A stretch of 64,000 nt of DNA, taken from the IMG/VR virus record IMGVR_UViG_3300037087_000757; one strand, written 5' to 3'. Source of the stretch: an uncultured virus (IMG/VR IMGVR_UViG_3300037087_000757) (Duplodnaviria > Heunggongvirae > Uroviricota > Caudoviricetes). Positions 11,002 through 22,944 of the stretch are shown in pieces. Both the position numbers and the translations under genes were made by a program. The notes beneath the pieces are model-generated. The model made no database searches. It was not told where the DNA came from and saw only the letters and a program-made list of their open reading frames with translations. Each line of letters opens with the position of its first letter. Within the stretch, counting starts at the first letter, position 1.

Positions 11002-14000
11002 ATAAAATGAACTTTTTTACCGTGTTCTTCTTTTAATTTTTTCTTCAAGAAATCAACAATATCATCCACAATACACTTCGGATTCAAATAACCATCGAAA
11101 TTAATTTCAGTGAATGGTTTTTCATCAATCGAACCGAATCCCTCAAATAAAACACCATTTGATTTCATCAATCCTTGTATCGGTTTCACTTCACCAAATA
11201 CAAGAACTTTATTTTCTTCTCCACTTATTTTATATGTGAATTCGGTCTTGTGTGTGGACATATTTAAAAATATTTCGAGATATAGGTTACATTATTCATT
11301 ATTTCTGCTCCCCAAATAATAAACCAGTATCCAATCAAATATGTGATAAAACCAGTGAAGAATATTAATCCTGTGCTAACCATTACACCAAAAATCTTAC
11401 CTAAATTATCCACCCCGAAAAATTTCCAAATACGTCTCCATACCCAATTGAATAGATGTTGAATAGAACAAAGAATCACAATTATACAAATGAATGCGAA
11501 TTCAATCATAGGTGGATTATTAACTTCTTCTGATTGTACGACCCATCCATTATCGAGAAATAAAGCAATTGACCATTTAATCAAAAAATATCCACACCAA
11601 TATGAAGCAATACCAGCAAATACACTAATCCAAAAATTTAATGTCATATCACTTGCTTCATCATTTGATCTCCACATCCAATTAATTAAATGCTGGATAG
11701 TGATAAGTATGGTCAGTACACAAAATATCGAAAATACTAACATATCTTTTTATTTTTGGTTAATTTTTTGAATCATGAATTCTTAAATAATCTTTGAATC
11801 CAAATGAAAATTGAGTGAAATTCAAACCGACATCTTCTAAGATACTCATTTCAGTGACCCATTCCATAGGAATAGGAAGATCAGCTTCCATATAACGATT
11901 GATGGCTTCATACAAACTTACTATTCGACCATGTACGAGATCAAATTCACACATACCACCATTTTCATTGATGGTGTTATCTATGACTTTCTCCCAATAA
12001 ATATGAGAGGGAATTACTCCTAATGGTGGTTTGTGAATCATTGAATACCATTTTTCGAAAAACTGATTAATTCTTCACCCAGAACTCTTGCTTCTTCAAG
12101 AGTTAAAGGTATAAATGTGGTATCCTTTGCATCAGCATTATGTTTGAGTTTCAATGAGATGTTTTGATAAGTTTTTGTGGGTTCTGTTAAAATAAGAATC
12201 TGTCCACTTTTCGGATAAATACGGGATTCGGAAATTCCTTTGGTTCTAAATATCTGAACCTTTTTGTTGTTATCGTCCATATTAAAATATTTTATCAAAT
12301 GTTCCACAAAAATATAAAATTACCAGAAGTATGATACAAAAGAATATCTTCCAATAATTATCGATCTTCGGCTGTATCAGTCGTGATAAGAAATGGTAAC
12401 TGAAGGATAATATAAATCCCAGCTACTACTAACATAAAAATTTGAAATCCTAACATATTAAATGTTTTTAAAATCGTCAAATACTCTTTTTCCTTCAGTT
12501 GTAATCCAAAATGTATTGTTGGGCCAATAATCGTGATAAACCCATCCTTTCTTAGCCAACTTACAAAGATAACTTCCACCACATAACCAAGCCGCCTTTC
12601 CTTTTGTGGACCCATTACCAGTATTCTTACTGGATGTAAACATATTGGTTTTAGTACCTTTCCACATAGCCTCAGCGAATCGTTTGGCGGAATACCTGTT
12701 GTCATAACCAGTATCCCTCAGAATTCCCAAAGCTTTATACTGAGATGGTGTTAAATGAATTTTTGTGAGATCTTCCATTACCTTTGTTATTCGAGGTCGT
12801 TTCCACCACTATTGATGGATTCCATGAGATCACCAAGATTGTTATATCCAATTACTTCATCCACGATTTCACCCCCTTCTGTCATGATTTGAATAACTGT
12901 CACATCATCCCTCAATTCAGTTTTGTAAAACAGATTGGGTTCTTCTGTGTGATGAATGTTGTTATCCTCATTGCTAATGTAATAGAGCTTTTTCATAATC
13001 AGATCGTTTTAGATTAAAGGATTAAGAATACAAAGGTAATATAATTTCCCGAAATAAAAAAATTATTTCCACTGAGATAATTCTGAGAGAGAATATTTTG
13101 AATTTATTTTATTGGCAATCCATTGTGTAGCTTTGTCAAAATCTGGTTCATCTGATAAATAATGATATTTCTGATCAGTCATCCACATCGTTATAATCCA
13201 TCCAATTCTTTTACTTAATCGAATTTTAAAAAGTTTATCAGATGTTATTTGATTCTCCAACCATTTCATAGCTTCTAAAAAATCATCGAGTCTATCTTCT
13301 TGATCTTCAAACTTAACAGTAGTATCACTCTTACTTTCATTTATCAAAATAAAAATAATTTCTTTCATTCTCTTATTTAACCTTACTGGAGAAACAATAG
13401 AACCTTTAGTATTAAACATAGCCAATCCTTCAGCGAAAGAACCTTTCTCTAATCCTAAAAATCCTTTTTCTTTATTTTTATTCCTCATCCGCTTCAGGAT
13501 CTATATAAGACCTGTTGATTTCAGAAAATTTATCCAATAATTCTTGATGTTGTTTATGTTCTCCACATTGAGGTGTCAGGTAATTAATATAGGGTGCAAA
13601 ATAGCCAGACATCGGATGTAAGTTGAATCTTATCGTGACCAAATCACAAATCAGCTTCCCGAAACGGGAAACATCCTTGGTGTAAATATCAGTTAGGTTT
13701 TTTGGCTTCGATTGCTGAGCTATTTTTTTCTTTACTTCAGGGGATAGTTTTTCATTTACTTCCTTAAAATATTCCTCCATATCATCATATATTGAAGAAC
13801 TTCTATCCTTACCCAAAATCCAAAATAAATGTTCACGATGAAAATGTTTGTCCATATGTTCCCATAATTGCCACATAGCCTTTTCACCGATCCACATTTT
13901 ATCTTCTGGAATTTTTATATAATGAGTAAGACAACATTCATCAGAATATTTTGAATTAAAATAATAAATAGAATTCTTTTCATGTTGCAACCATCTTCCA

Positions 14001-14971
14001 TCTGAATAGAATTTTTCTCCATTATATTCCCATTCATGATAAAATCTCTTTGGATCATAAGTTGGATTTTTTACTTTTTCTCCATTATATTTAAATCCAA
14101 GTAATTCAAGTAACTTCGGATTTCCAAAATCCAAATGACCTTTTCCAGCAAAACCATCAGTAACATTGGAACTCATATAATCATAAACCTGTCGGTCAAT
14201 GAACATAAATGTCCATTTTTTCATTTCTCTATTCTTTTTAAGGAATGTTGGAAAATCTTCTTCATCATCCCTTATACAACCTCTGGTGAAGAAATGACAG
14301 AAATCTTCAATAGAACAATTGAAATATTTTTCAATTGTCTCCGTGTTATCGTTTAATTCAATGTTTTCAATTCCACCATAATCATCATACTCTCCAAAAA
14401 TCGGGAGAGTGGCTGGTAAATAAGGTAGGTATGAAAAACTTTCAGATTCCACTTTCTTCAACGGAAGAAAAACACATTTACGACCAGCGGTAATAGCAAT
14501 ATTGCTTATTCCACAATAAACTGACCAACTTCCCATAATTTAAAATATAAAATAATATCCAATAAAATAACCAATCAATAAGAGAAGCCATGGTCCAAGA
14601 ATTCCAGACCATAATTTCACTTTTTCAAAATCCTTATATCCCTGTTCATCTTTATCCTTGTTGTGTTGGTTATAAGCTGAATAATCCAATCCCTTAAATA
14701 AGGAAATAAAGAACCAGAGACCTACAGCTTGATAAAATGTGATATGAGTTAAGGCGGGAAAAACTGGTAGAATAAACCAGTACCAAAATTTATATAATAA
14801 AAATCCCCAAGCGAAAGCCCCGTATATTGTCGCGATAATCATCATGATTCCCACAACTGAAACTGAGCCTAAGATAATGATAAACCAAGTGATAAATTTT
14901 TCAAGAATTGATTCATCTGATTTTGTTTTCGATTTTAGGAGTTTATCCAAATCATTACTGTCCATTTTCAT
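10998..14971 (-). other. Run of small hypothetical genes, several of them membrane proteins
   Basis: Contiguous minus-strand ORFs: 10998..11261, 11264..11743, 11760..12041, 12038..12307, 12458..12778, 12787..12996, 13063..13488, 13478..14536, 14540..14971. Confidence 0.75.
13031..13062 (-). promoter_or_regulatory. Class I (host sigma-type) promoter TTTTTTATTTC-N12-TACCTTTG
   Basis: TACCTTTG matches the Bacteroidota -7 consensus TAnnTTTG; near-identical copy at 17091-17122. Confidence 0.7.
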
Positions 14972-14976
14972 TATTT

Positions 14977-15492
14977 TTAAATGAAAATGGACAGTTTAGT
15001 TCTAAATTCAGGATTACTATAAATAACGAAAGTTATTTCTTTTACATGAACTGGTTGACTGTCGTTGAACATCTCCAAGGCTAATATAACCTCATCCAGA
15101 ACTTCATCCTCTGATTTTTCAACAACACCCAACATAACACCCATACGAATCGTTGGAAGTGTGACAGAACTAAGTTCTTGTTTTTCAGCCTCCATCAATC
15201 CACTGAGAATAATTTCATGTAATTTCTTGATTAAATTATCAATGACAAATATGACATTTTGAAATGAATTTTGTGGCTGAAATTGACCACGAATGAAAAA
15301 CGATTTCCCCTCTTGGAATTGATCCATTTGATTTGATAAATCCTGATGAAATTGATTTCCAGATGTTCGAACAATTACATTGTCAATTCCACCAAACCAT
15401 AATCCACTACCATTAATAGCGGTGATAAGAGCACCAGAGGGAACAGTAGATATATCACCAGAGATTACTTTAACATTTAAATTTCCTTTCAT
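14977..15492 (-). CDS. Macrodomain protein (ADP-ribose binding or hydrolase)
   Basis: VISGDIS...ALITAIN..GLWFGGID..I and SVTLPTIRMGV follow the macrodomain pattern, with degenerate N/G loop residues. Confidence 0.75.
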   Translation of the reverse strand: MKGNLNVKVISGDISTVPSGALITAINGSGLWFGGIDNVIVRTSGNQFHQDLSNQMDQFQEGKSFFIRGQFQPQNSFQNVIFVIDNLIKKLHEIILSGLMEAEKQELSSVTLPTIRMGVMLGVVEKSEDEVLDEVILALEMFNDSQPVHVKEITFVIYSNPEFRTKLSIFI

Positions 15493-15529
15493 AACGAGCC
15501 TAATTTTAATTATTCAATATTCAGAATAT

Positions 15530-15560
15530 TAAATGTAAAACAAAATTTCCAAATAAAAAA
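15530..15560 (-). promoter_or_regulatory. Class I promoter-like motif upstream of the macrodomain gene
   Basis: TTTTTTATTTG-N12-TACATTTA, same spacing as the 13031 copy. Confidence 0.55.
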
Positions 15561-15700
15561 ATTAATGATGTAAAAAAATTTATATTAATTTAGATTCATT
15601 AAAAATATATATGACTTTATTTCAGTCTTTTATCATATTTGATGGATAAAAGCCATTTAAATATGGTTATATATAAGAACAAAAAATAATCAATTAAGCA

Positions 15701-16444
15701 ATGAATAGAATTTATAACCTTAAAAAACAAACCCCAGATGAAAGAGACTTTCAACTAAAATCAATATTGGATGTCCATCCATCTGTGAAAATCACGATGC
15801 CAAAATTATTTACTTTGGTGTCTAAATGTCCACCAATTTATGATCAAGGTAATTTAGGTAGTTGTACAGCTAACGCTGGTGTTGCTGCTCGTGTAATGTT
15901 AAATAGTCTAACTATTAATCTTTCTCGTTTGTTTCAATACTACGAAGAAAGAGTTATTGAGGGAGATCCTACACAAGACGGTGGTGCTCAAATGAGAGAT
16001 ATCGGAAAAGCATTGCAAACATATGGTGTAAGTGAAGAATCATTCTTCCCATATGATATAACCAAATTTGCTAATTCACCCTCAACTTCAGCCGTTACTA
16101 ACGCCCTGAAATATAAAATCAAATCCTATATTTCAGTTACTACACAAGACCAAATTAAGCAAGTCTTAGTATTACAACAAAAACCAGTTTTAATGGGAAT
16201 GGATGTTTATGAATCTTTTGAATCAGCATCCGTTGCAAAAACAGGTAAAGTTCCTCTACCGAAAAAAGGTGAACAACTATTAGGTGGACATGCCGTTCTT
16301 ATCATCGGTTATAACAACGATAAGAAATGGTTCGTCTGCCGTAATTCTTGGGGATCATCTTGGGGAGATCACGGTTACTTCTACCTGCCTTATACATATT
16401 TCACAAAAGGATATGCATATGACTTCTGGGTTCTACAAAACTAA
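15701..16444 (+). CDS. Papain-like cysteine peptidase (family C1)
   Basis: DQGNLGSCTA (Gln/Cys), GGHAV (His), RNSWG (Asn); TTATATATA at 15667-15675. Confidence 0.92.
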   Translation: MNRIYNLKKQTPDERDFQLKSILDVHPSVKITMPKLFTLVSKCPPIYDQGNLGSCTANAGVAARVMLNSLTINLSRLFQYYEERVIEGDPTQDGGAQMRDIGKALQTYGVSEESFFPYDITKFANSPSTSAVTNALKYKIKSYISVTTQDQIKQVLVLQQKPVLMGMDVYESFESASVAKTGKVPLPKKGEQLLGGHAVLIIGYNNDKKWFVCRNSWGSSWGDHGYFYLPYTYFTKGYAYDFWVLQN

Positions 16445-16506
16445 TCATACCCTATCAGGTATAATCAAATGGTTATACGAAATTAATGTACCCGAACAGG
16501 TATAGC

Positions 16507-16537
16507 AAAAAAAATTCAGATTTCTCTGAATTTTTTT
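16507..16537. terminator. Bidirectional intrinsic terminator between convergent genes
   Basis: A8-TTCAGA-TTTC-TCTGAA-T7. Confidence 0.75.
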
Positions 16538-16554
16538 ATTTGTAAGATTTTCTA

Positions 16555-17037
16555 TTATTCAGTTTCCCATTTTTCATTCAAAATGTTGTAACGCTGGTAT
16601 GTAATGTCCAGAGTTCCACCATAATTTGAAGAAAATTTAAAATAAATATACTTCGGGAGATTCAATCTCATTTCCTGTGCGTATTTCTGAGGCATCGAAA
16701 CATCCTTATTTCCAATGAACAGGGTAACTCTATCAAGAGACTTAATGAGTAAGTAATCACCCGTTCCACTGACGATGATTGTATTATTTTCAAGATTGAA
16801 TAAGGTATCACCATTAAAGGTTACAACATTCAAATTTCCCTGTATTAAGGTGAAATTAGTGTAGTTCTGAATGAAGTTGATATCAACGGGAGTTGGAGTA
16901 ACGGGTAGACTATTGAAGGTCTGTTCAAAAGTCATAGTGGGAGTTGGTGTGACCTGTTCATCTTTTTGTTTATTACAAGAAGTGAACACAAGAGAGACCA
17001 TCAAGGTCATGATTGTCAATAATGCGATTTTTTTCAT
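16555..17037 (-). CDS. Lipoprotein
   Basis: MKK + hydrophobic stretch + FTSC followed by NKQKD. Confidence 0.75.
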   Translation of the reverse strand: MKKIALLTIMTLMVSLVFTSCNKQKDEQVTPTPTMTFEQTFNSLPVTPTPVDINFIQNYTNFTLIQGNLNVVTFNGDTLFNLENNTIIVSGTGDYLLIKSLDRVTLFIGNKDVSMPQKYAQEMRLNLPKYIYFKFSSNYGGTLDITYQRYNILNEKWETE

Positions 17038-17090
17038 TTTGGTTTTGGTTTTGGTTAAACAAAAGTATTATCTCTTATTAGAATTGAATA

Positions 17091-17122
17091 CAAAGGTATG
17101 ACAATTCTCCGAAATAAAAAAA
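17091..17122 (-). promoter_or_regulatory. Class I promoter TTTTTTATTTC-N12-TACCTTTG
   Basis: Shares GAATACAAAGGTA and CCGAAATAAAAAA with the 13031 copy at identical spacing. Confidence 0.7.
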
Positions 17123-17126
17123 TAAA

Positions 17127-19009
17127 TTAAAGAAAAAAGGTCAACTTGGTAATTTCTTTTTCATATTTGGGTTTATTTTGAACAGCTGATTTATAGAATT
17201 CTAACATATCATTTATTGTAACCTTTTTCCAATTATCAAATTTCTTAGTAGGTTTATAATCTGAAGGTATATTCCATCTTTCACGAGTTCCTAAAATAAC
17301 TGATCCATCATCCATGAAAATAGGAAGATATGGTTTAGTCTGGAATGCTTTCCCTTTTTTATAACAAGTATCAAACCATCTTTTTTTAAAAGCGAATTGT
17401 CGGTCTGTCCATTTCCATTCTGGATATTTATTTGAGGTTTCTAAGGGTAAATACCAAACACCGACATTTTCCCACCAACACAATTCACCATCTTCAATAC
17501 TCTCAATGAGATATTTAGTTGAAAAAGAATCTGATGATGGATTTATTTCCTTTAACCATCCTAAATAATACTTCGTTACGGGGGCTGATTGTAACATCAC
17601 CAAACTATCAATGGGAGGATATTCCCTGAGACCATATCCTCCATGAAACGATGAATCTGAACTACCAAGAGAATATGAATATCTATCTTCTTTTTGACCG
17701 AAACATTTTACTGTACAGAAAGCAATGACATAATTCAATATCTCTATTCTCGCTAAATTCCTTGATTCCTTCATACTTTTTTATTTTTTACCTTAGGATA
17801 GACCTTAGATAATAGTTTCCATTCCAGAAAATCAAGTATCTTTATATCAAGACAAATTCGATCCTGATCCTTTTTCCAATCTCTGAATTCTAACATCACC
17901 TCATAACAATCAATTTTATCAAGTGAGTTCGTAAACCAATATAATTTAATATGTGTGGCTTTTCTTATTCCTATTTTGCCCTTTCCACAATAACCATTTT
18001 CTTTAAGGAATTTCATCATATCCTTTTCAAACAATTTTTCGTCTATAAGTGAGAAATTCATAACCAGTAAATTTTCATTTTTAATACCTTGTTATCAACA
18101 CGATTCTTATTAGCCTCTAATTCGTATTCCTCAACCGCTTTCAAGAAATCTTCCTTTCCATACCACCAACCAACAATATGACATTTCTTGGGAACTTCTA
18201 ATTCGTTATAAGCCCTTAAAGATTCTTCCTCTGTTTCAAAAACAAAAGTGTCCTCTAACATCATCTGTGTAACAGCTATCGGATTATAACCGTGTTCACG
18301 AATGATTTTCAAATCTTCTTCGAATTCAACAAGAGATCTATCGTGGTTATACTTTATTTCTTTTTCCATAAAAATCATTCAGAAAGATAATGTTTAAGAG
18401 CTTCCCTGATAGTCTTGAACCAATTCTTTTTCTCAATAAAGAAACTCATTGATACATCAGACACATCTGCTGAAATTGACTGAAAAATTGAACCACTTAT
18501 AGAGAAGTTCCCAGCGTCATCATTTAAGATAGATGGGGACTCACCAAGTCTGGCTAATGATTCAATCATGAAATCCACATCCATACAATTCTGAAAGTCG
18601 ATGATAGTAGTCCTGATTCGTGTGGCTAATTCATCTATTTCTTTGGGTTCTTCATCCATTTCATAACCTGTTTTGATATCCCAGCTTTCATTATAAGCTT
18701 TGAGAAATTCATCTCTCCTTGAAAGTAAAGTTGTAACTTTATATTCGGGTGTATGTAATAAAAATTCATCATCAGGTGTTTCCATACTTTTTATTTTGTT
18801 ATAATGAATTCTTCACGAAAAACTTTTTCAGCGTCCTTCTTAGCTTCACCCATAGTCATATTCTGACCCTGTGATTTCCAACTTTTTACCATCGCTTTGG
18901 CTTCTTCCACAACTCTTACTTTGAGTTGTTCTTTTGTCATTGTCTGTTTTATCATTTCTTTAAATCTTTCATTTGAAAAAGAATAATACCCACACCAGTA
19001 TAAAACCAA
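17127..19009 (-). other. Run of small hypothetical genes
   Basis: Overlapping ORFs 17127..17774, 17771..18061, 18058..18378, 18375..18785, 18791..19009; class I promoter motif at 19082-19112. Confidence 0.75.
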
Positions 19010-19176
19010 AGGTTACTAAACTGGTGAAAAGAAACACATTAAAGAAAATCTTATCTAAATTTTTCATAAGAATTGTTTTCGTAAATATAAAAACAAATTT
19101 TGAAATAAAAAAATCTTTCGTTAAAAAATTAATATATAGAAGAAAAACAACCATCATATATGGAAAAAATAAACAG

Positions 19177-19647
19177 ATGGTAGATGATTTTAAGATGGTT
19201 ATTGAAAATGATGTTTATTTAAAAATTTTAGAATATTATGATATTACCATTTTAGATAAGGAAACGATTTCAAAAATACTGAATGATTTAGTAGATCAAG
19301 GATTTTATGGTTGGGATGATAATGGATGGAGTAGGTATTTATATTTCATGGTAAGTTCGATTTTTTCCAATCCTATCAAAAATGAATTTAAATTCGTAGA
19401 ACTTGATAAGAAATGGGATGATGAAGATAGGGGTGGAGTTGTTTATAATTATTATGAATATGAAGATCCTGAGAATGAAAAATTATTAGAAAATTCCGTT
19501 TACAGGGTTTTATGGGATGTTTTTAAGTATGGTAATAATATAAAGGGAAATGATTATCTTAATAGATTGGAAGATATTAATGAGAAACTAAGGGAAACAT
19601 CAAAAAAATTAATTGAACATATTAGGGAGAATAGTGATGGTGAGTAA
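19177..19647 (+). CDS. Late-type protein with probable CTS-like leader (start revised from 18973)
   Basis: TAATATATA at 19130-19138; first in-frame ATG downstream gives MVDDFKMVIE; possible frameshifted start at 19160. Confidence 0.55.
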   Translation: MVDDFKMVIENDVYLKILEYYDITILDKETISKILNDLVDQGFYGWDDNGWSRYLYFMVSSIFSNPIKNEFKFVELDKKWDDEDRGGVVYNYYEYEDPENEKLLENSVYRVLWDVFKYGNNIKGNDYLNRLEDINEKLRETSKKLIEHIRENSDGE

Positions 19648-19658
19648 ATTTGTAATCA

Positions 19659-20654
19659 TCATTCCATATATTTCCCCTCTGAATTTATTTTCGATAATTT
19701 ATGTTCGGAATTAAAAACTTCCACGATATCCACTGATTTTTGTCTTGGTCGAACTATTATTTCCATTTCCTGTGGAAGAACCGCTTCTCCTTCTAAAAAA
19801 TTATTATTTTTGGCCCAATTGGTATCCAAGAACAATTCGGATGATGGGAATGTATGTTTGAGTACAATACCTATTTCATTTGATTTCATATTTCTTGTAT
19901 CACCCCATCCTTTCTTTCCACTCGCGAACATTCTTGCCACTTTTAAATCCATTGTCCAACTTGGTTTGGAACATATAATTTTATCACCTACTTTTAAGTC
20001 CATGACACTTATAATTCCTCTATTTATTGTTTTGATTTCATTATTTGGTAGAAGTCCTACATTTGGATAATCCATATTAAAGTTCAATCCTCTATATAAG
20101 GTCATTTCATTAACATTAGTAATTAGTTCATTTTTCAGTCCAAGATATTTATTTAATTGTGTCCACCAACCGATTGTACCTCTTTGATATTTCAGCCACC
20201 ATTCTTTTATTTTATTATACTCTTCTTTGGAAAGGGTATACTGCATTTGATTTTTTGATTCTTCTTTGTACATTCTATCAAACAATTCCGTAGGTATTCT
20301 GGAAATGACAAATCCTTTCCATATGTCATTTATATCATATTTTTTCAACCAACTGTTGTCATAATCCAACCATTCTTCTCTTGTTTTGGGTGGATTGAAG
20401 AAGTCAATCAATTCTTTTTTTCCTTTTTCGGTTATTTTCCATTTGTTGTTGATGAAATCGCACAGACCTTCTTTTTTTAATAGTTTAACGGACTCTCCAA
20501 AGGTTATGCCCATTCTATCATCTTTCAACCAACTTTCTTCCATTCCATCAGTTCCGGGCCAATCATATATAAATAACATATACAACCAAGCCATTATTCT
20601 AACTCTGGTTTCTTCATCTTGGTCTGATTCGAATATTTTAAAACTTGTAATCAT
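19659..20654 (-). CDS. R-S-E type ADP-ribosyltransferase-like protein with CTS-like leader (start revised to 20654)
   Basis: MITSFKIFES leader; TLYRGL...PSWTMDLKVARMFA...QEMEIIV; TAATATATA at 20663-20671 (minus). Confidence 0.72.
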   Translation of the reverse strand: MITSFKIFESDQDEETRVRIMAWLYMLFIYDWPGTDGMEESWLKDDRMGITFGESVKLLKKEGLCDFINNKWKITEKGKKELIDFFNPPKTREEWLDYDNSWLKKYDINDIWKGFVISRIPTELFDRMYKEESKNQMQYTLSKEEYNKIKEWWLKYQRGTIGWWTQLNKYLGLKNELITNVNEMTLYRGLNFNMDYPNVGLLPNNEIKTINRGIISVMDLKVGDKIICSKPSWTMDLKVARMFASGKKGWGDTRNMKSNEIGIVLKHTFPSSELFLDTNWAKNNNFLEGEAVLPQEMEIIVRPRQKSVDIVEVFNSEHKLSKINSEGKYME

Positions 20655-20682
20655 ACAAAGGGTATATATTAAAACTTTAACA

Positions 20683-22362
20683 CTATACCCCATTATTGAG
20701 TTTAGGTTTTGGTAATTTAAATTTCTTTACGAAGTCTGGTTTTATATCAGTTCTTTCCCAGAACCACCAATTCCAAAAATCACTCCAATTTTTATTACTT
20801 CTGATTATATCATAATCTATTGTATGATATACCATTATATTTTCGGGTGGAATTGATTCGAGAGTATAAACACCATCTTCATTTACTGAGGCTGGATCAC
20901 GATATAATTGAATATCCTTGGTATTCACTTTCAAAATAACCCAATCTGTTTTATATTCCTTAACACCATAACCAATCATTAGATTTCTTTTATGATTGAA
21001 TAATTGTCGTGCTATTTGAGTAGCACCTTTCGTTGATTTTGATAAATAGATTGCGGTTGGCTCCCAATCACGATGGGTTGGTGGGTTTTGAGGTGTCAGA
21101 CCATGTTTTAATATGTCGTTTACATTTTTCAGTGGTGTTACATGAAAACAAGTGTTAATTTTAACGGGTTTAGATCCATATTTGAAATTCATTGTTTCAA
21201 CCCAAGAAAGTTCACCAAATTCTTCTGGTGTAATTTCTTTTTCGAATAAGTTAAAATTGGTTATCATATGTTCACTATACATGAGTTGTCTTTGTTGTAG
21301 GGTGAGTTTGGGTTTACTTACATTAATATTTCTCTTACCACTATACCATTCGATAGGAATGAATTTATGAATGGAAAATATTATATTACCCATTTTTATT
21401 TCTTTTTCTTTCGATTCAAATTTATCAAAATCGGGGTGGTCTAATTTCCATCCTTTCCCATTATTTCTTTTACTTATTTCGATAATATAATTATTATTCC
21501 ATATTTCGATTTTCAATTTATCTTCCAAATCATTTATAATTCTATCAAATTCATATTTTTTCGGAAAATCCCAAAATGAGATTACTTTATGTTTTGTCCA
21601 TATACGACCTTGATTTTTTATTTTAGAAAATTTAATTCCATAAATATCATCTTCAATTTTATAAAACATATCATTATGATTCCCAGATTTCTCACCTACA
21701 TATAATTCACCATCATAATATACAAAAGGAATAGCATCTGGGGATTCGTGTGTGATTTTTCTCCCATTAGGTAAATTAACAAAATCCCCCGATGATTCGA
21801 ATACTTTTTTTTCACTATACATGAGTTGTCTTTGTTGTAGGGTGAGTTTTGGTTTACTACCTGAGAAATTTCTACTATACCATTCGATAGGTATAAATTT
21901 GACAAAGGTGAAGTCATCTTCACTCCACGATATCACTTGTGTTTCAGGAACTTCTATTTTTTCATAATCGGGATGATTATATTCCCATTCTTTACCTTTT
22001 CCGTATTTAGACTTTTCAATTTCGATTTGATATTCTTGATGCCATATTTCTTTTTTCAATTTATCTTCTAAATCGTCTATAATCTTATTGAATTCATGTT
22101 TACTTGGATAATCCCAAAAGGATATTATTTTACTTTTTGTCCAAATACGACCACGATAGACGGTTTTTTTCCAAATATCAGCATATTCATCTCCTGTTTC
22201 TTCTTCAATTTTATCAATCATATCACCATGAGTAGAGGAATATTCACCAATATAAAAATCTCTCTTATAATAGAGAAAAGGTAAACTATCTGGATCTGAT
22301 TCGTTAATATATTTACCTGATGGTAATTTGATTGTATCTGATTGTGATTCGAATATTCTCAT
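20683..22362 (-). CDS. Three-module protein: two about 180-190 aa repeats plus a C-terminal His-type ART/Tpt1-like domain, each preceded by a CTS-like motif
   Basis: MRIFES / KKVFES / MITNFNLFE; both repeats end KPKLTLQQRQLMYSE; C-domain FHVT..NV..ILKHGL...AIYLS...VILKV...IPPENI. Confidence 0.7.
   Translation of the reverse strand: MRIFESQSDTIKLPSGKYINESDPDSLPFLYYKRDFYIGEYSSTHGDMIDKIEEETGDEYADIWKKTVYRGRIWTKSKIISFWDYPSKHEFNKIIDDLEDKLKKEIWHQEYQIEIEKSKYGKGKEWEYNHPDYEKIEVPETQVISWSEDDFTFVKFIPIEWYSRNFSGSKPKLTLQQRQLMYSEKKVFESSGDFVNLPNGRKITHESPDAIPFVYYDGELYVGEKSGNHNDMFYKIEDDIYGIKFSKIKNQGRIWTKHKVISFWDFPKKYEFDRIINDLEDKLKIEIWNNNYIIEISKRNNGKGWKLDHPDFDKFESKEKEIKMGNIIFSIHKFIPIEWYSGKRNINVSKPKLTLQQRQLMYSEHMITNFNLFEKEITPEEFGELSWVETMNFKYGSKPVKINTCFHVTPLKNVNDILKHGLTPQNPPTHRDWEPTAIYLSKSTKGATQIARQLFNHKRNLMIGYGVKEYKTDWVILKVNTKDIQLYRDPASVNEDGVYTLESIPPENIMVYHTIDYDIIRSNKNWSDFWNWWFWERTDIKPDFVKKFKLPKPKLNNGV
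21271..21849. repeat. 39-bp exact direct repeat, 540 bp apart, at module junctions
   Basis: TTCACTATACATGAGTTGTCTTTGTTGTAGGGTGAGTTT at 21271 and 21811. Confidence 0.95.
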
Positions 22363-22446
22363 ACAAGTATATATTTTTTTTAAGGAATGAAAATTATTTT
22401 TGGGATTCAGATTTTAATATATAAAGAAAAATAATACGGATCAATC

Positions 22447-22944
22447 ATGGCATCATTAGAAGAAGTCTGGAAAAAGATAGAAGAACAAAGGTTAGCTAAA
22501 TTAGAACAGGAAAAAATCGAAGAACAGAAAGTCTTAGAGAATTATGAAAAACAAAGACAATTCTGGATGAATGAACGTAAGTTATATGAAGCTTCAGCCT
22601 CGGCTGCAGCGGGAGCTGGTGCTGGTGGTGGAGGTGGTGGAAATGCCACACGAAGAAATGTTGCTGTTGTACCAACTGGTTTCAATGTCAGGTTTAATGT
22701 TACGGATAATTATAGTTCTATTATGGTTAACGCTGGTGTTTTTTTAGGTGACAATAGTGGAACTACTGATACGGATGGTAATTGTGTATTTACTAATATT
22801 CCAGAAACACTCGCAATGGAATGGACAATAACCAAATTAGGTTGGAGTCCTTTGGGTGGAGTTGTTGATGTAATTGCTGGTAATGTAGATGGAATTACTG
22901 GTTATATTGAACTCCCCGAAATGTTGACGAAAATAGAAAAATAA
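22447..22944 (+). CDS. Late protein: coiled coil, Ala/Gly linker and beta-rich carboxypeptidase-regulatory-like domain (possibly virion-associated)
   Basis: TAATATATA at 22415-22423; SAAAGAGAGGGGGG linker; GTTDTDGNCVF motif. Confidence 0.55.
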   Translation: MASLEEVWKKIEEQRLAKLEQEKIEEQKVLENYEKQRQFWMNERKLYEASASAAAGAGAGGGGGGNATRRNVAVVPTGFNVRFNVTDNYSSIMVNAGVFLGDNSGTTDTDGNCVFTNIPETLAMEWTITKLGWSPLGGVVDVIAGNVDGITGYIELPEMLTKIEK

